From positions 1 through 25,152 of IMG/VR virus record IMGVR_UViG_3300012231_000046: 25,152 nt of DNA; one strand, written 5' to 3'. This document shows positions 1 through 8,355 of this stretch, piece after piece. Positions within the stretch are counted from its first letter, which is position 1; each line of letters opens with the position of its first letter. This DNA comes from a virus. Its lineage: Duplodnaviria; Caudoviricetes. A model generated the notes under the pieces. It was not told the DNA's origin. It saw nothing but the letters and a program-made list of their open reading frames with translations, and did no database searches. The position numbers and the translations under genes were made by a program.

Positions 1-8
1 GAAAACGA

Positions 9-14
9 TAAATA
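9..14 (+). promoter_or_regulatory. T4-like late promoter core (GATAAATA)
   Basis: TAAATA about 30 nt upstream of ATG 41; the same core recurs upstream of many genes in the window; AGAGG RBS follows. Confidence 0.65.
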
Positions 15-40
15 AAAAATAAACTTACCGTAGAGGTATA

Positions 41-1906
41 ATGATCAAGTTACATCAAGTTCAAGAGCCACCAGCAATAGGTCTAACATTATCCCGAGAC
101 TTGATGCCACAAATCCATAAATCCAGTGATTTTCTTAAGTACCTGAAAACCAATGGCGTCAATCATAGCACCGGCACTGTTCCTAGCAAATGCCTAAAAT
201 CAACACAATCTGAATTCGACGATGCTAAGATCGCTGATCTGATGTATAAGGACAATAGTGATGCAATCATCGTTTCCAATGACAACCATGTACTCGACGG
301 TCACCATCGCTGGCTAGCAGATCACAGCACAGACGGCAAAACCAAAGCACACATTGTCGATTTACCCATTCTAGAATTACTTCGATTGGCAAGGGAATAT
401 ACAGCAGTGTCACTCAAAGAAGAGGTTACACATAAGGAATTCCAACCGATGATGGATTCTTTCGTGTCATTTGCATCGGACAGATTGGGCGTAAAATCGC
501 TCCCTAATATAGAATATAAAGCCGATGATGACATGAGTAGCTTCGGCGGCTACGATCCCAAAAGCAATAAAATCACTGTGCATACTAGGGGTCGCCATCC
601 AATGGATATTTTCCGCACCGTGGCGCACGAAATTGTCCACCACAAGCAAAACGAAGACGGCAAAATAAAAGACGTATCCAAGGAAGGTGCAACCGGCAGC
701 CATGTTGAGAATGAAGCCAATGCCATGGCCGGTCAATTGATGCGCCACTATGCCAAGGCCAATCCAGAACATTTCAAGCTATCGCCATTATCTGAGGCTG
801 TATTTGTCGTTGGTGTGCCATGTTCTGGTAAGGATAGAATTATCAGGCAACTGAAAGAGAATGGCAACTACAAGGAAACTGACCTGAATTCGCTGCACAA
901 ATTCAATACCACCGACAAGCTGATTATCAGTTGTTCGGCCGACAATCTCGTCAGCATACAGAACGCCAATCAATTTCTTAAGGAAAATGACTTCGCCACG
1001 CGCCTGATTTTTGTTGATGTATCGAATGACATTTCGAAAATGCGCAATGAAATGCGCCAGTCAAAAGGGCAACGTATCATCAATGAAAATGTCAGGTTCA
1101 CGAAGTATGCCACAGCCAAGGGCAACGTCAATGAACTGCATGAGATATTCAAATACGACATGATCATCATCGATAATTCAAGAGAGGAAACCAACAATGG
1201 CAATATTCGAGAAAATAATTCGCTTCCTGAGAACAGGGAGTACGGCACTACCAGTCTCAAACGTAGCTATCAGTCAGCCACCCCAAGAGAGTCCACCCAA
1301 ACCAAAGAAGAGGGCAAAGAAAAAGGTCGAGGAAGAGAACGAGAACGAGGATGGCAACAATTACGAGAAGAACGGGGAAGAGGAAAAGAGCGAGAGGGAA
1401 AAGATATGGGAAGAAGAGTACGACCGAAATCGGTGGGACAACACAAAAAACTGGAGAAAAAAAGACTGAACCAAGAAGATCGCCTGCCATCGGCAATCAT
1501 CGGCAATTTGCCTCCCGATGGCATTGGCGACACAGTAAGTGTATCGAAAGTTCCAGGCATTCTTTCAGGCTATGGCGGCGCATACAGCTATTCTCAATAT
1601 AACGAATCTGTGCAGCGTTGGATGAACAATCAAAGCACAATTGATCGGTTCACTGAAAAGTATGGCGACAACGCAATGCAGAAGCTATTCGAAACGGCCA
1701 GCGAAATCAACTCAATGGCCAATAAACCTGCATCCAAGCCAAAAACTCTCAGCAAACTAAGAGAATCATTCGATATGGACATTGGTTTGATGGGCAGCGT
1801 ACCTTCACAGGGCAACAAAGAAGATATTAGCAAAGGTGGCGATAGTGTTGCAAATCCATCGAAAACTAGAAAAATCATAAATAGAAAATCAAATCGAGGA
1901 CCATAA
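41..1906 (+). CDS. Multidomain putative virion protein: ParB/Srx-like domain, HEXXH zincin domain, degenerate P-loop kinase-like domain, low-complexity tail
   Basis: IIVSNDNHVLDGHHRW (ParB-like, DGHHRW at 296-313); RTVAHEIVHH...ENEANAMAG (zincin, HEIVH at 626-640); VFVVGVPCSGKD Walker A-like (GVPCSGK at 812-832) followed by LIFVDVS...RNEMR. Confidence 0.75.
   Translation: MIKLHQVQEPPAIGLTLSRDLMPQIHKSSDFLKYLKTNGVNHSTGTVPSKCLKSTQSEFDDAKIADLMYKDNSDAIIVSNDNHVLDGHHRWLADHSTDGKTKAHIVDLPILELLRLAREYTAVSLKEEVTHKEFQPMMDSFVSFASDRLGVKSLPNIEYKADDDMSSFGGYDPKSNKITVHTRGRHPMDIFRTVAHEIVHHKQNEDGKIKDVSKEGATGSHVENEANAMAGQLMRHYAKANPEHFKLSPLSEAVFVVGVPCSGKDRIIRQLKENGNYKETDLNSLHKFNTTDKLIISCSADNLVSIQNANQFLKENDFATRLIFVDVSNDISKMRNEMRQSKGQRIINENVRFTKYATAKGNVNELHEIFKYDMIIIDNSREETNNGNIRENNSLPENREYGTTSLKRSYQSATPRESTQTKEEGKEKGRGRERERGWQQLREERGRGKEREGKDMGRRVRPKSVGQHKKLEKKRLNQEDRLPSAIIGNLPPDGIGDTVSVSKVPGILSGYGGAYSYSQYNESVQRWMNNQSTIDRFTEKYGDNAMQKLFETASEINSMANKPASKPKTLSKLRESFDMDIGLMGSVPSQGNKEDISKGGDSVANPSKTRKIINRKSNRGP
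1197..1469 (+). CDS. Nested +1-frame gene (90 aa): amphipathic N-terminus, K-rich then E/N-rich
   Basis: GAGGA RBS at 1184-1188, 8 nt before the ATG; MAIFEKIIRFLR amphipathic start; the host frame reads like off-frame R/G/E sequence across the overlap. Confidence 0.55.
   Translation: MAIFEKIIRFLRTGSTALPVSNVAISQPPQESPPKPKKRAKKKVEEENENEDGNNYEKNGEEEKSEREKIWEEEYDRNRWDNTKNWRKKD
1878..1883 (+). promoter_or_regulatory. T4-like late promoter core (CATAAATA)
   Basis: 30 nt upstream of ATG 1908; GAGGA RBS follows. Confidence 0.6.
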
Positions 1907-1907
1907 A

Positions 1908-3464
1908 ATGTTTGATCGTAACAAAAAAGACCCATTGGTTGATGCCGTGAAAGGTGTGATGCAGGTTAGTGAAAATAATCGAAAAGTTGTCGCTGAAGTA
2001 AATGAGAAACTGGGCATTCAATCGAGGAAACAGCTTCCTCATGAGTATCTGGCCGACTATGATCGAACAGTTGTTGAAGTTCAAAAAGGTCAACCACTTA
2101 CTGAGGATAGGACGACTGATCTGAAAAATCGTGTCAATAAAGCAGAAAAGGGCACAAAAGATGTAGAAAAAGATCGTTACAATAAAATATTAAGCATACG
2201 TAATAAGATTCCACTCGCTAAGCAACAACCATACCTTGATACCTTCCGTAAAACTGCTATGAAGAAGAAATTCGGCTGGGCGCACGTAAAAAGGAAATCA
2301 CAAGCCGAATTGCGCAATCGTAAAAAGCAAATGGAATTGAACCTCGACGAAGCCGAGCAACTTGACGAAATCTCCAAAAAAGTTCTCGATCCCTATATCA
2401 GAAAAGCTACAGACGATGTTATTCGTAGAAGTAAGCAAACGGTTGTCGGCGGCACTGCAGCCGAAAAGAAGGCATTCTATAAGAAAAGTGATGCTAAAGT
2501 TGATCAACGACTTGGATATGTCGACAAGGCCGTGAAGAAACTGAACAAGAAAACAGTCAAAGAAGATACTGAGCAACTTGATGAAGAGCGCAAGGAATCA
2601 GCCAAGGTTGCTCAAGCCTTTATGAACAAGCAAAAGGCTAAAGGGGCACGTAGCCATACCGATGGCAGCGCGCTTTACCTGCATGGTAATAAGATCGCAT
2701 GGCACGGCGACAATGGCAAAATTCACGCCACCTTGGCTGGATGGGGCACCAAGACAACGCGTGATCGCCTAAACCATCTTACTCAGCATACACATGGTAA
2801 GTCGATGTTTTCACAAAAAAAGGGCCAGCAACATTTTGGTGATAAGCCAATCGGCTCAAAAGATGTGGTCGACCTAAAAGAAGGCGTTGGCCCATGGAGT
2901 AATAGACCCCAAGGCAAAGGTCCATCGGTAATACCTAAAGGAAAAGGAAAAGTCAGTTCACCCCTTGGTAAACAGGGGTCGGCAGATGCGGCAAAGGCAT
3001 TTGATGAAAGGCTGGCCAAGGAAAAGGCGAAGAAATTAACCAAAGAAGAAATCTCAATCGCCTCAATCCAAGAAGAAATTCGTCAACATTTGCTCAGCCA
3101 AATGAACACAATGAGCGAAACTCAGAAGACCAAATTCGTCGCATCGCTGACTGAGGAACAGGCTGAAATCATGAAGTTCGACGAGCAGGAAATCACCAAG
3201 GACAACTTTGTTCCTAACCCATCGCCAGGAACGGTCCCCCCTGCCCCAAATTTGACCGTACAGCAGCCAATGGCAGCCGCAGCAGGAAAAGTATCAGCGC
3301 CGTCTGTTCCAGCCAATGCGCCTGCAGGAACGCAGCCAATGAGGCAAATGATACCAGTGCCAATGCCAGGACCAACAGTCAATGCTGTTAAGCCAGCCGC
3401 TGCCGCCAAACCAGCCGCTGCCGCCAAGCCTGCAATTCCAGCGAAGAAAACAGCAGCAAAATGA
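1908..3464 (+). CDS. Putative internal head protein with multiple prohead-protease-like sites and a Pro/Ala/Lys-rich tail
   Basis: PLTE, NLDEAEQLDE, VKEDTEQLDEE, DLKE, IQEE and LTEE motifs separate basic modules; late promoter upstream. Confidence 0.7.
   Translation: MFDRNKKDPLVDAVKGVMQVSENNRKVVAEVNEKLGIQSRKQLPHEYLADYDRTVVEVQKGQPLTEDRTTDLKNRVNKAEKGTKDVEKDRYNKILSIRNKIPLAKQQPYLDTFRKTAMKKKFGWAHVKRKSQAELRNRKKQMELNLDEAEQLDEISKKVLDPYIRKATDDVIRRSKQTVVGGTAAEKKAFYKKSDAKVDQRLGYVDKAVKKLNKKTVKEDTEQLDEERKESAKVAQAFMNKQKAKGARSHTDGSALYLHGNKIAWHGDNGKIHATLAGWGTKTTRDRLNHLTQHTHGKSMFSQKKGQQHFGDKPIGSKDVVDLKEGVGPWSNRPQGKGPSVIPKGKGKVSSPLGKQGSADAAKAFDERLAKEKAKKLTKEEISIASIQEEIRQHLLSQMNTMSETQKTKFVASLTEEQAEIMKFDEQEITKDNFVPNPSPGTVPPAPNLTVQQPMAAAAGKVSAPSVPANAPAGTQPMRQMIPVPMPGPTVNAVKPAAAAKPAAAAKPAIPAKKTAAK
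3390..3430 (+). repeat. 18-bp tandem repeat encoding KPAAAA x2
   Basis: aagccagccgctgccgcc / aaaccagccgctgccgcc / aagcc. Confidence 0.85.
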
Positions 3465-3667
3465 GGCATACAGACATAGTTGCCATGATCAAATCTATTG
3501 CACGGCAAAGGCTAATTGAGGCTGACGATGTCAACGATCAAGTCTCGACAGCGTCAGCTAATAAAAAGAAAAAGGTCGTTGTTGCTAAGAAGGACGATAT
3601 AGACAAAAAACCAAGCAAAATCGTCATCAATCCAGTACTTTATAACAATATCGACCAACGCAGATAA
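3461..3667 (+). CDS. Small hypothetical late protein
   Basis: ATGA overlap with the upstream stop; contains an RLIE motif. Confidence 0.7.
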   Translation: MRHTDIVAMIKSIARQRLIEADDVNDQVSTASANKKKKVVVAKKDDIDKKPSKIVINPVLYNNIDQRR

Positions 3668-3670
3668 ATA
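3665..3670 (+). promoter_or_regulatory. T4-like late promoter core (GATAAATA)
   Basis: 32 nt upstream of ATG 3697, overlapping the upstream stop; GGGAG RBS follows. Confidence 0.65.
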
Positions 3671-3696
3671 AAAACAAAACACGGGAGTAACGATCA

Positions 3697-4290
3697 ATGA
3701 GCCTTTGGAAAAATGTCGACGACCCTACTGGCAATGGTAAGCCGCTATTTGCGAATACTTGCAACTTGTGGTCCACTTCAACAACGCATGGCGCAACTGC
3801 CAACGGAATTGGCGTTTATGGTTCAGTATACGGGCTGTCTCCCGCTGAAGCCATTTTGCAACCGGGCGTTGTCAGTCCCGGCTGGGTATCGCAGAAAGTC
3901 TATACTGGCGGTATCGCTAGAATAGACATTGTCAGTGGTGGCACTGGCTATAATGCCGCTGCCGATTTGATAATTGCCGACACTGGGCCAGTGCCAGGAA
4001 CAGGCGCAACTGCTACTTTCGCTATTGCCAATGTCAGAAATACTGCACAGTCTTTCTCGACAAATTCACATTGGAACGTCATCACGTCAATTGCCATCAC
4101 TAATTTTGGTTCTGGCTTCAGCAATGGCGCTTTCGTTACAGCCACGGCAAATGGCATCAATACAACGCCAGCAGTCTTTGCCGTCACGTTGAGCGGTCGC
4201 GCTGGGCGCGTTCATTATGAGACTTTGGTAGCCATGCGCTCGATTACCGGCGATGATCCAAAAGATGACGAATACTTCCCAGGATCGTAA
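3697..4290 (+). CDS. Virion structural protein (T4-like, MSLW...GRAGRVHYETLVAM type)
   Basis: G/T/A/N-rich beta-type composition with GGTGY/GSGF repeats; N-terminal MSLW and C-terminal GRV.YETLVAM motifs typical of T4-like structural proteins; late promoter. Confidence 0.65.
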   Translation: MSLWKNVDDPTGNGKPLFANTCNLWSTSTTHGATANGIGVYGSVYGLSPAEAILQPGVVSPGWVSQKVYTGGIARIDIVSGGTGYNAAADLIIADTGPVPGTGATATFAIANVRNTAQSFSTNSHWNVITSIAITNFGSGFSNGAFVTATANGINTTPAVFAVTLSGRAGRVHYETLVAMRSITGDDPKDDEYFPGS

Positions 4291-4294
4291 AACC

Positions 4295-4540
4295 ATGAAG
4301 AGTTTCAAACAATTCATAACTGAAATCAGTAAAGGACGAATCAGACAATACCTTAGAGATTTAAATAGTAAAACCCCAGGCCATCCATATGGAACTGATG
4401 AAGAAAGAGCTTTATGGCACAACAAAATGTATGGCAAGGGGAAATATAGTAGGCGAAATTATATGCAAATAGCTGGTAGTAAATTGAGGAAAAAAGGTAA
4501 AGGCGGCGGCGCTGCTAAAATAAAAGCAACCGACGAATAA
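4295..4540 (+). CDS. Small basic internal head protein with capsid-targeting sequence
   Basis: Start reassigned to MKSFKQFITE, resembling the T4 internal-protein CTS (MKTYQEFIAE). Confidence 0.75.
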   Translation: MKSFKQFITEISKGRIRQYLRDLNSKTPGHPYGTDEERALWHNKMYGKGKYSRRNYMQIAGSKLRKKGKGGGAAKIKATDE

Positions 4541-4554
4541 GGAAAGGATAGATT

Positions 4555-4989
4555 GTGGTAAAGCGATTTGTACCAAGATTGAATGAATCTGGCATTGAGC
4601 CGCTTGCCTATGTTAAGCGTGGTGATGTTGATATTGAGCATAATCCTGTGCGTGATATGATCAATATCTATCTTACCCAGTCAATGGCGATGAACCACTT
4701 GACGCCTTACCATGCAATGGAACGTATTCGGAAGATTCTGGCTACGTTCCATATTACGATTCCTGCTCCATACCTAGAAGGCAATCATGGCTTTCAGGTA
4801 TTTCCGGTACGGCAATTTGGCAATGTCATTGGCATGACCAATGATGGCGAAGTGAAAACCAAGATCACCAGCCCCTATTCAGTTTTCTTTCATTACAGAG
4901 TGGGTCCATTTGGCAGTTTCAGATGCTCCTGCAAGATCATGGATACTACCGAATTGGCCGACGCATTGGCTAGTGTTGAAGATGCATGA
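4555..4989 (+). CDS. Hypothetical phage protein
   Basis: GTG start with AAGGA RBS; tightly packed; ATGA overlap with the next gene. Confidence 0.75.
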   Translation: MVKRFVPRLNESGIEPLAYVKRGDVDIEHNPVRDMINIYLTQSMAMNHLTPYHAMERIRKILATFHITIPAPYLEGNHGFQVFPVRQFGNVIGMTNDGEVKTKITSPYSVFFHYRVGPFGSFRCSCKIMDTTELADALASVEDA

Positions 4990-7469
4990 AAACGTTTTCG
5001 CAATTTCTAGCCGAAGAATGGAAAGAAACATCTTATGGTTCCGGTAGCCATTTCGTTAGACATCATTCTATCATAGACGGTCACTATGTGGGTGTCCACT
5101 TTGAGAAGCGCCGAGATGTGCCACATTATGATGTCGACTTCATTGTTGATGGTTCAATTTCAAAAGGGCGTCATAGCTCTCCTAAAATTCTTCGCCATGT
5201 GATCAATACAGTTAAGCAATTTCCAGAAAGATATCCACAAGCCAAAAGTTTAAAATTTTACGGTTCAGATGGAAGTGAAGAACTGGCTGGAAAAAAAAGT
5301 ACCTTATATAGCAAACTAGCAAAGCATTATGCAGGCAGCAAGGCGAGTACAGATTGGGAAGGCCATACAAAAGTACAATTGAAGGAAATGTGCAGACGAA
5401 TAGTCGAAAAATGGGAAGAAAAGGCTGATAATTCAGATCATAAATCCCCCTATCACGTTCATCGTTCTTCTAACGTAGATGGTCGCAAGGTCGATGTTCA
5501 CTTTGAGAAATACTCAAGTTCGCCACGTTATGAAGTCAGCTTCAAGGTTGATGGTTCATTTTCAAAGAAACAAGCAGGTTCTCCAAAAATTTTTCGTCAT
5601 ATAATCAATACAGTTAGACAATTCCCAAAAAAATATCCACACGCTGAAAGACTGGGTTTTGCTGGAGGAGATGATGATGAAAAATTGGAGCGGAAAAAAG
5701 ATGCCTTATATGGAAAATTAGCAAAACATTATACAGGCGACAAGCCAAGTAAGGATTCGGAAGGCCGCACAGAAATAGCATTAAAGGAAATGTGCAGACG
5801 ATTAGTCGAAAAATGGGAAGACCCTCGCCCTAAAGCCAAAGCAATCTACAACAAGGTGGCCAGCAGCCTCAAACCAAATCAATATGGTGATGTAAAAATA
5901 CCCCATAACGAAATTTCATTCATTCCACATTTACCGGTGATGCATTCCTATTTTTCTCAAGGTGACGAAGGTATTGGATATCCTGTTCAAAGAATTAGAG
6001 TTGGCGTTCATCCAGACACTAAACTGCCCGATCCAGGCAGTAAACAACATTCTTTGTTCAAAGATACTCGACCACAACAAATTAAACAAACCCCAGTCAC
6101 CCATCAACATATCGATGCAATAAAGAATTCCGAAAGGTTGAAAGACGTATTTGCTCATGAATATACACATCATGCTGATGCGACCAAGGCATTGATGAAA
6201 GGTAAAAGGTTAACATCATCAGAACCACCAATAAGAAAAAATGAAAAAACTTTTCGTGGATACAGGATTAATCCAGTTTCAATGAAAAAAAGGAAACAGT
6301 CATATTACAATGATCCTACCGAAGTGAATGCTTATACCAGCGATTTGTTCCATATGGCTAAAAGTTCTGGTTTGCCGCCATCGAATTTCAAATCACCAGA
6401 AGATTTCCGTAAATTGGCAATTCATAAAGCTTTTCGTACCACCGATGATCGTAAATATAATTACACACGCGGCAAGGCAGTCAAATACTTCACCGGCAAG
6501 AATCGCAAGAAACTGATGCGGCGCTGGCGGCAGGAAACTGGGGTAACAGATGCCAAAGCATTTCCAAACCCAAAGCCACCAAAAGAAAAACAATTGAAAT
6601 TGCCGCTCACCGGCAAAGATCGCATGAAACTGAAGCGGCAGAAACCAATACCAGCCGCCACAACACCCAAAAAACCAGAACAGTTAAGATTACCCATCGA
6701 CGAAAACAGGAACAATCCAATGGCATTTTTAAAACGAAAAGAGAAAATCTACCACTCGGTGTTTGCTAAGTATAAAAATGCGGGTTCCAGGTGGTCTAAT
6801 ATCTTCGATGCCGACAACCATGACGATGCGCGCGATCAGCACGAAACAAATAAGAATGATGGAATGCACTCTGTGATCATCAAAGTTCCTGCGTCCAAGG
6901 CCAAATGGAACAAAATGAGCCACGATGAAATTCACAGTTTCGTTCAAGCTCATATCGATGCAAAGCAGGAACGCAAACTAAAAGAGGAAGCGCCCCCTGG
7001 TGCCAAGTACGAGCGCATGGTAAAGCACATCAAGGCTAACTATAGCAAAGATGGTAAGCTTTCTGACAAAGAAAAGGCCATCGCTTTTGCTACTGCCTGG
7101 AAGAATAAGAAAAAGAAGCAGCAACTGAAAGAAGGCTTGCTGAAAGCGCTGGGGTTGCGCGGCAACAAACCATTCGTGACATCTAAAGATATGAGCTACA
7201 ATCCAATGGTTAAGAAAAAAACCCCAGGCACATCAGCACCAGCGAAAAGTAAGTGGGAAGGCATCATCAATCAGGTTGCTGCGTCGAAAAAACGAGAAAA
7301 ATACACCACTGTGCAAATGAAAGGCAAGCGCAATCCAATTCGCGTACCTATGGAAGAAAGCATGAAGCTAGCAGCGAAAATTCTAAAAGGGCTGCCGCGA
7401 ACCAAAGACAAACATAAAAAAGAAAAACTAATAGCCAAGGCACAAAGGTCAATGGATCGGCTAAACTGA
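4986..7469 (+). CDS. Large modular internal head protein: CTS, two tandem ~134-aa domains, HEXXH zincin module, further basic modules
   Basis: MKTFSQFLAE CTS; duplicated domain; FAHEYTHH...YYNDPTEVNAY; [LIVM]-x-E sites between modules. Confidence 0.8.
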   Translation: MKTFSQFLAEEWKETSYGSGSHFVRHHSIIDGHYVGVHFEKRRDVPHYDVDFIVDGSISKGRHSSPKILRHVINTVKQFPERYPQAKSLKFYGSDGSEELAGKKSTLYSKLAKHYAGSKASTDWEGHTKVQLKEMCRRIVEKWEEKADNSDHKSPYHVHRSSNVDGRKVDVHFEKYSSSPRYEVSFKVDGSFSKKQAGSPKIFRHIINTVRQFPKKYPHAERLGFAGGDDDEKLERKKDALYGKLAKHYTGDKPSKDSEGRTEIALKEMCRRLVEKWEDPRPKAKAIYNKVASSLKPNQYGDVKIPHNEISFIPHLPVMHSYFSQGDEGIGYPVQRIRVGVHPDTKLPDPGSKQHSLFKDTRPQQIKQTPVTHQHIDAIKNSERLKDVFAHEYTHHADATKALMKGKRLTSSEPPIRKNEKTFRGYRINPVSMKKRKQSYYNDPTEVNAYTSDLFHMAKSSGLPPSNFKSPEDFRKLAIHKAFRTTDDRKYNYTRGKAVKYFTGKNRKKLMRRWRQETGVTDAKAFPNPKPPKEKQLKLPLTGKDRMKLKRQKPIPAATTPKKPEQLRLPIDENRNNPMAFLKRKEKIYHSVFAKYKNAGSRWSNIFDADNHDDARDQHETNKNDGMHSVIIKVPASKAKWNKMSHDEIHSFVQAHIDAKQERKLKEEAPPGAKYERMVKHIKANYSKDGKLSDKEKAIAFATAWKNKKKKQQLKEGLLKALGLRGNKPFVTSKDMSYNPMVKKKTPGTSAPAKSKWEGIINQVAASKKREKYTTVQMKGKRNPIRVPMEESMKLAAKILKGLPRTKDKHKKEKLIAKAQRSMDRLN
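5382..5821 (+). repeat. 38-nt near-identical direct repeat (5382-5419 and 5784-5821) at module junctions
   Basis: aaggaaatgtgcagacga[a/t]tagtcgaaaaatgggaaga; 37/38 identical, 402 nt apart. Confidence 0.9.
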
Positions 7470-7960
7470 TGCGCCTTTTCATCATGTTCTTCATCATGCT
7501 GACAACCATTGCATTTGCCGAAACACCCAAGATCAATTCAGATGGCAAAGTCGAAATAGCTGGCGAAAGGGTCAAATGCGAAGATGTGCGTATCAGGCTC
7601 GATAACAAACTAGACAATCTAGGCGTCAGTTATCCAGAAGAGCGCATTATCATCATCAATCCACGCGAACTGAGCTATTTTGAAGGTGCTGTACAACTTT
7701 TTGTATGGGCACATGAATGCGGTCATATTATACAAGATGGTGGAAGTGAAGTAGATGCAGATTGTTTTGCTGTGAAAAAAGGAATAGATGACGGTTGGCT
7801 CACTCGTAAAACAATGATGTGGGTGTGCCGGTCGTTTGGTAATGAGCCTGCCAATGATGTGTATCCTTCTGGAGTAAGACGTTGTGCATTAGCTCAATTC
7901 TGTTATGCTAAGTACAAGAAAGAGCGACATGAAAGGAAAGTTCGTGAGGCCAATGAATAA
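7469..7960 (+). CDS. Exported HEXXH metallopeptidase-like protein
   Basis: Sec signal peptide MRLFIMFFIMLTTIAFA; LFVWAHECGH...EVDADCFAV...YPSGVRRC. Confidence 0.7.
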   Translation: MRLFIMFFIMLTTIAFAETPKINSDGKVEIAGERVKCEDVRIRLDNKLDNLGVSYPEERIIIINPRELSYFEGAVQLFVWAHECGHIIQDGGSEVDADCFAVKKGIDDGWLTRKTMMWVCRSFGNEPANDVYPSGVRRCALAQFCYAKYKKERHERKVREANE

Positions 7961-8355
7961 TGTTCGAAAACTTGACTGATGAAAATTTCATGCTATATGC
8001 GATCAAATGCTATGACACACCCAATTGTGTTATGTCTGAATTCAATGAAGACATTAAAAGAATCAAATATCTTAAGAGGCTGATACGCAAATACAAACTA
8101 ACTGGCGACTTGAAGGAACGCTTGATCTTGAATCATATCATTGTTTTGGGGAATGTCTTTGGTGTATCGAATACTATTCGAATGTTGTTCTTTAAGCTAG
8201 ACCAGAACGATTACTCATTGCTTAAAACGTTCTTGATCTTTCTTGATCAGATGCCTGATATAGTGAGAGGCATCAATGGCTGCAATCTTCATTCTAGCAG
8301 CATTCCAGTTGACATGACCGTCGCATACCAACTTAAGACAATGATTAAGTATTAG
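7960..8355 (+). CDS. Conserved T4-like phage hypothetical protein
   Basis: FMLYAIKCYD...EF.EDIKRIKYLKRL...LKERLILNHII.L.NVFG motif recognised from T4-like phages upstream of primase. Confidence 0.75.
   Translation: MFENLTDENFMLYAIKCYDTPNCVMSEFNEDIKRIKYLKRLIRKYKLTGDLKERLILNHIIVLGNVFGVSNTIRMLFFKLDQNDYSLLKTFLIFLDQMPDIVRGINGCNLHSSSIPVDMTVAYQLKTMIKY

Noticed and set aside
1351-1602. Third forward-frame ORF (83 aa), making all three frames open at 1351-1469
   Set aside because: GAGG abuts the ATG with no spacing, and the T-poor composition explains the lack of stops
6708-6722. Internal in-frame start (AGGA...ATG GCA TTT) in the 827-aa gene
   Set aside because: Weak RBS only; the module border is already explained by the PIDE site
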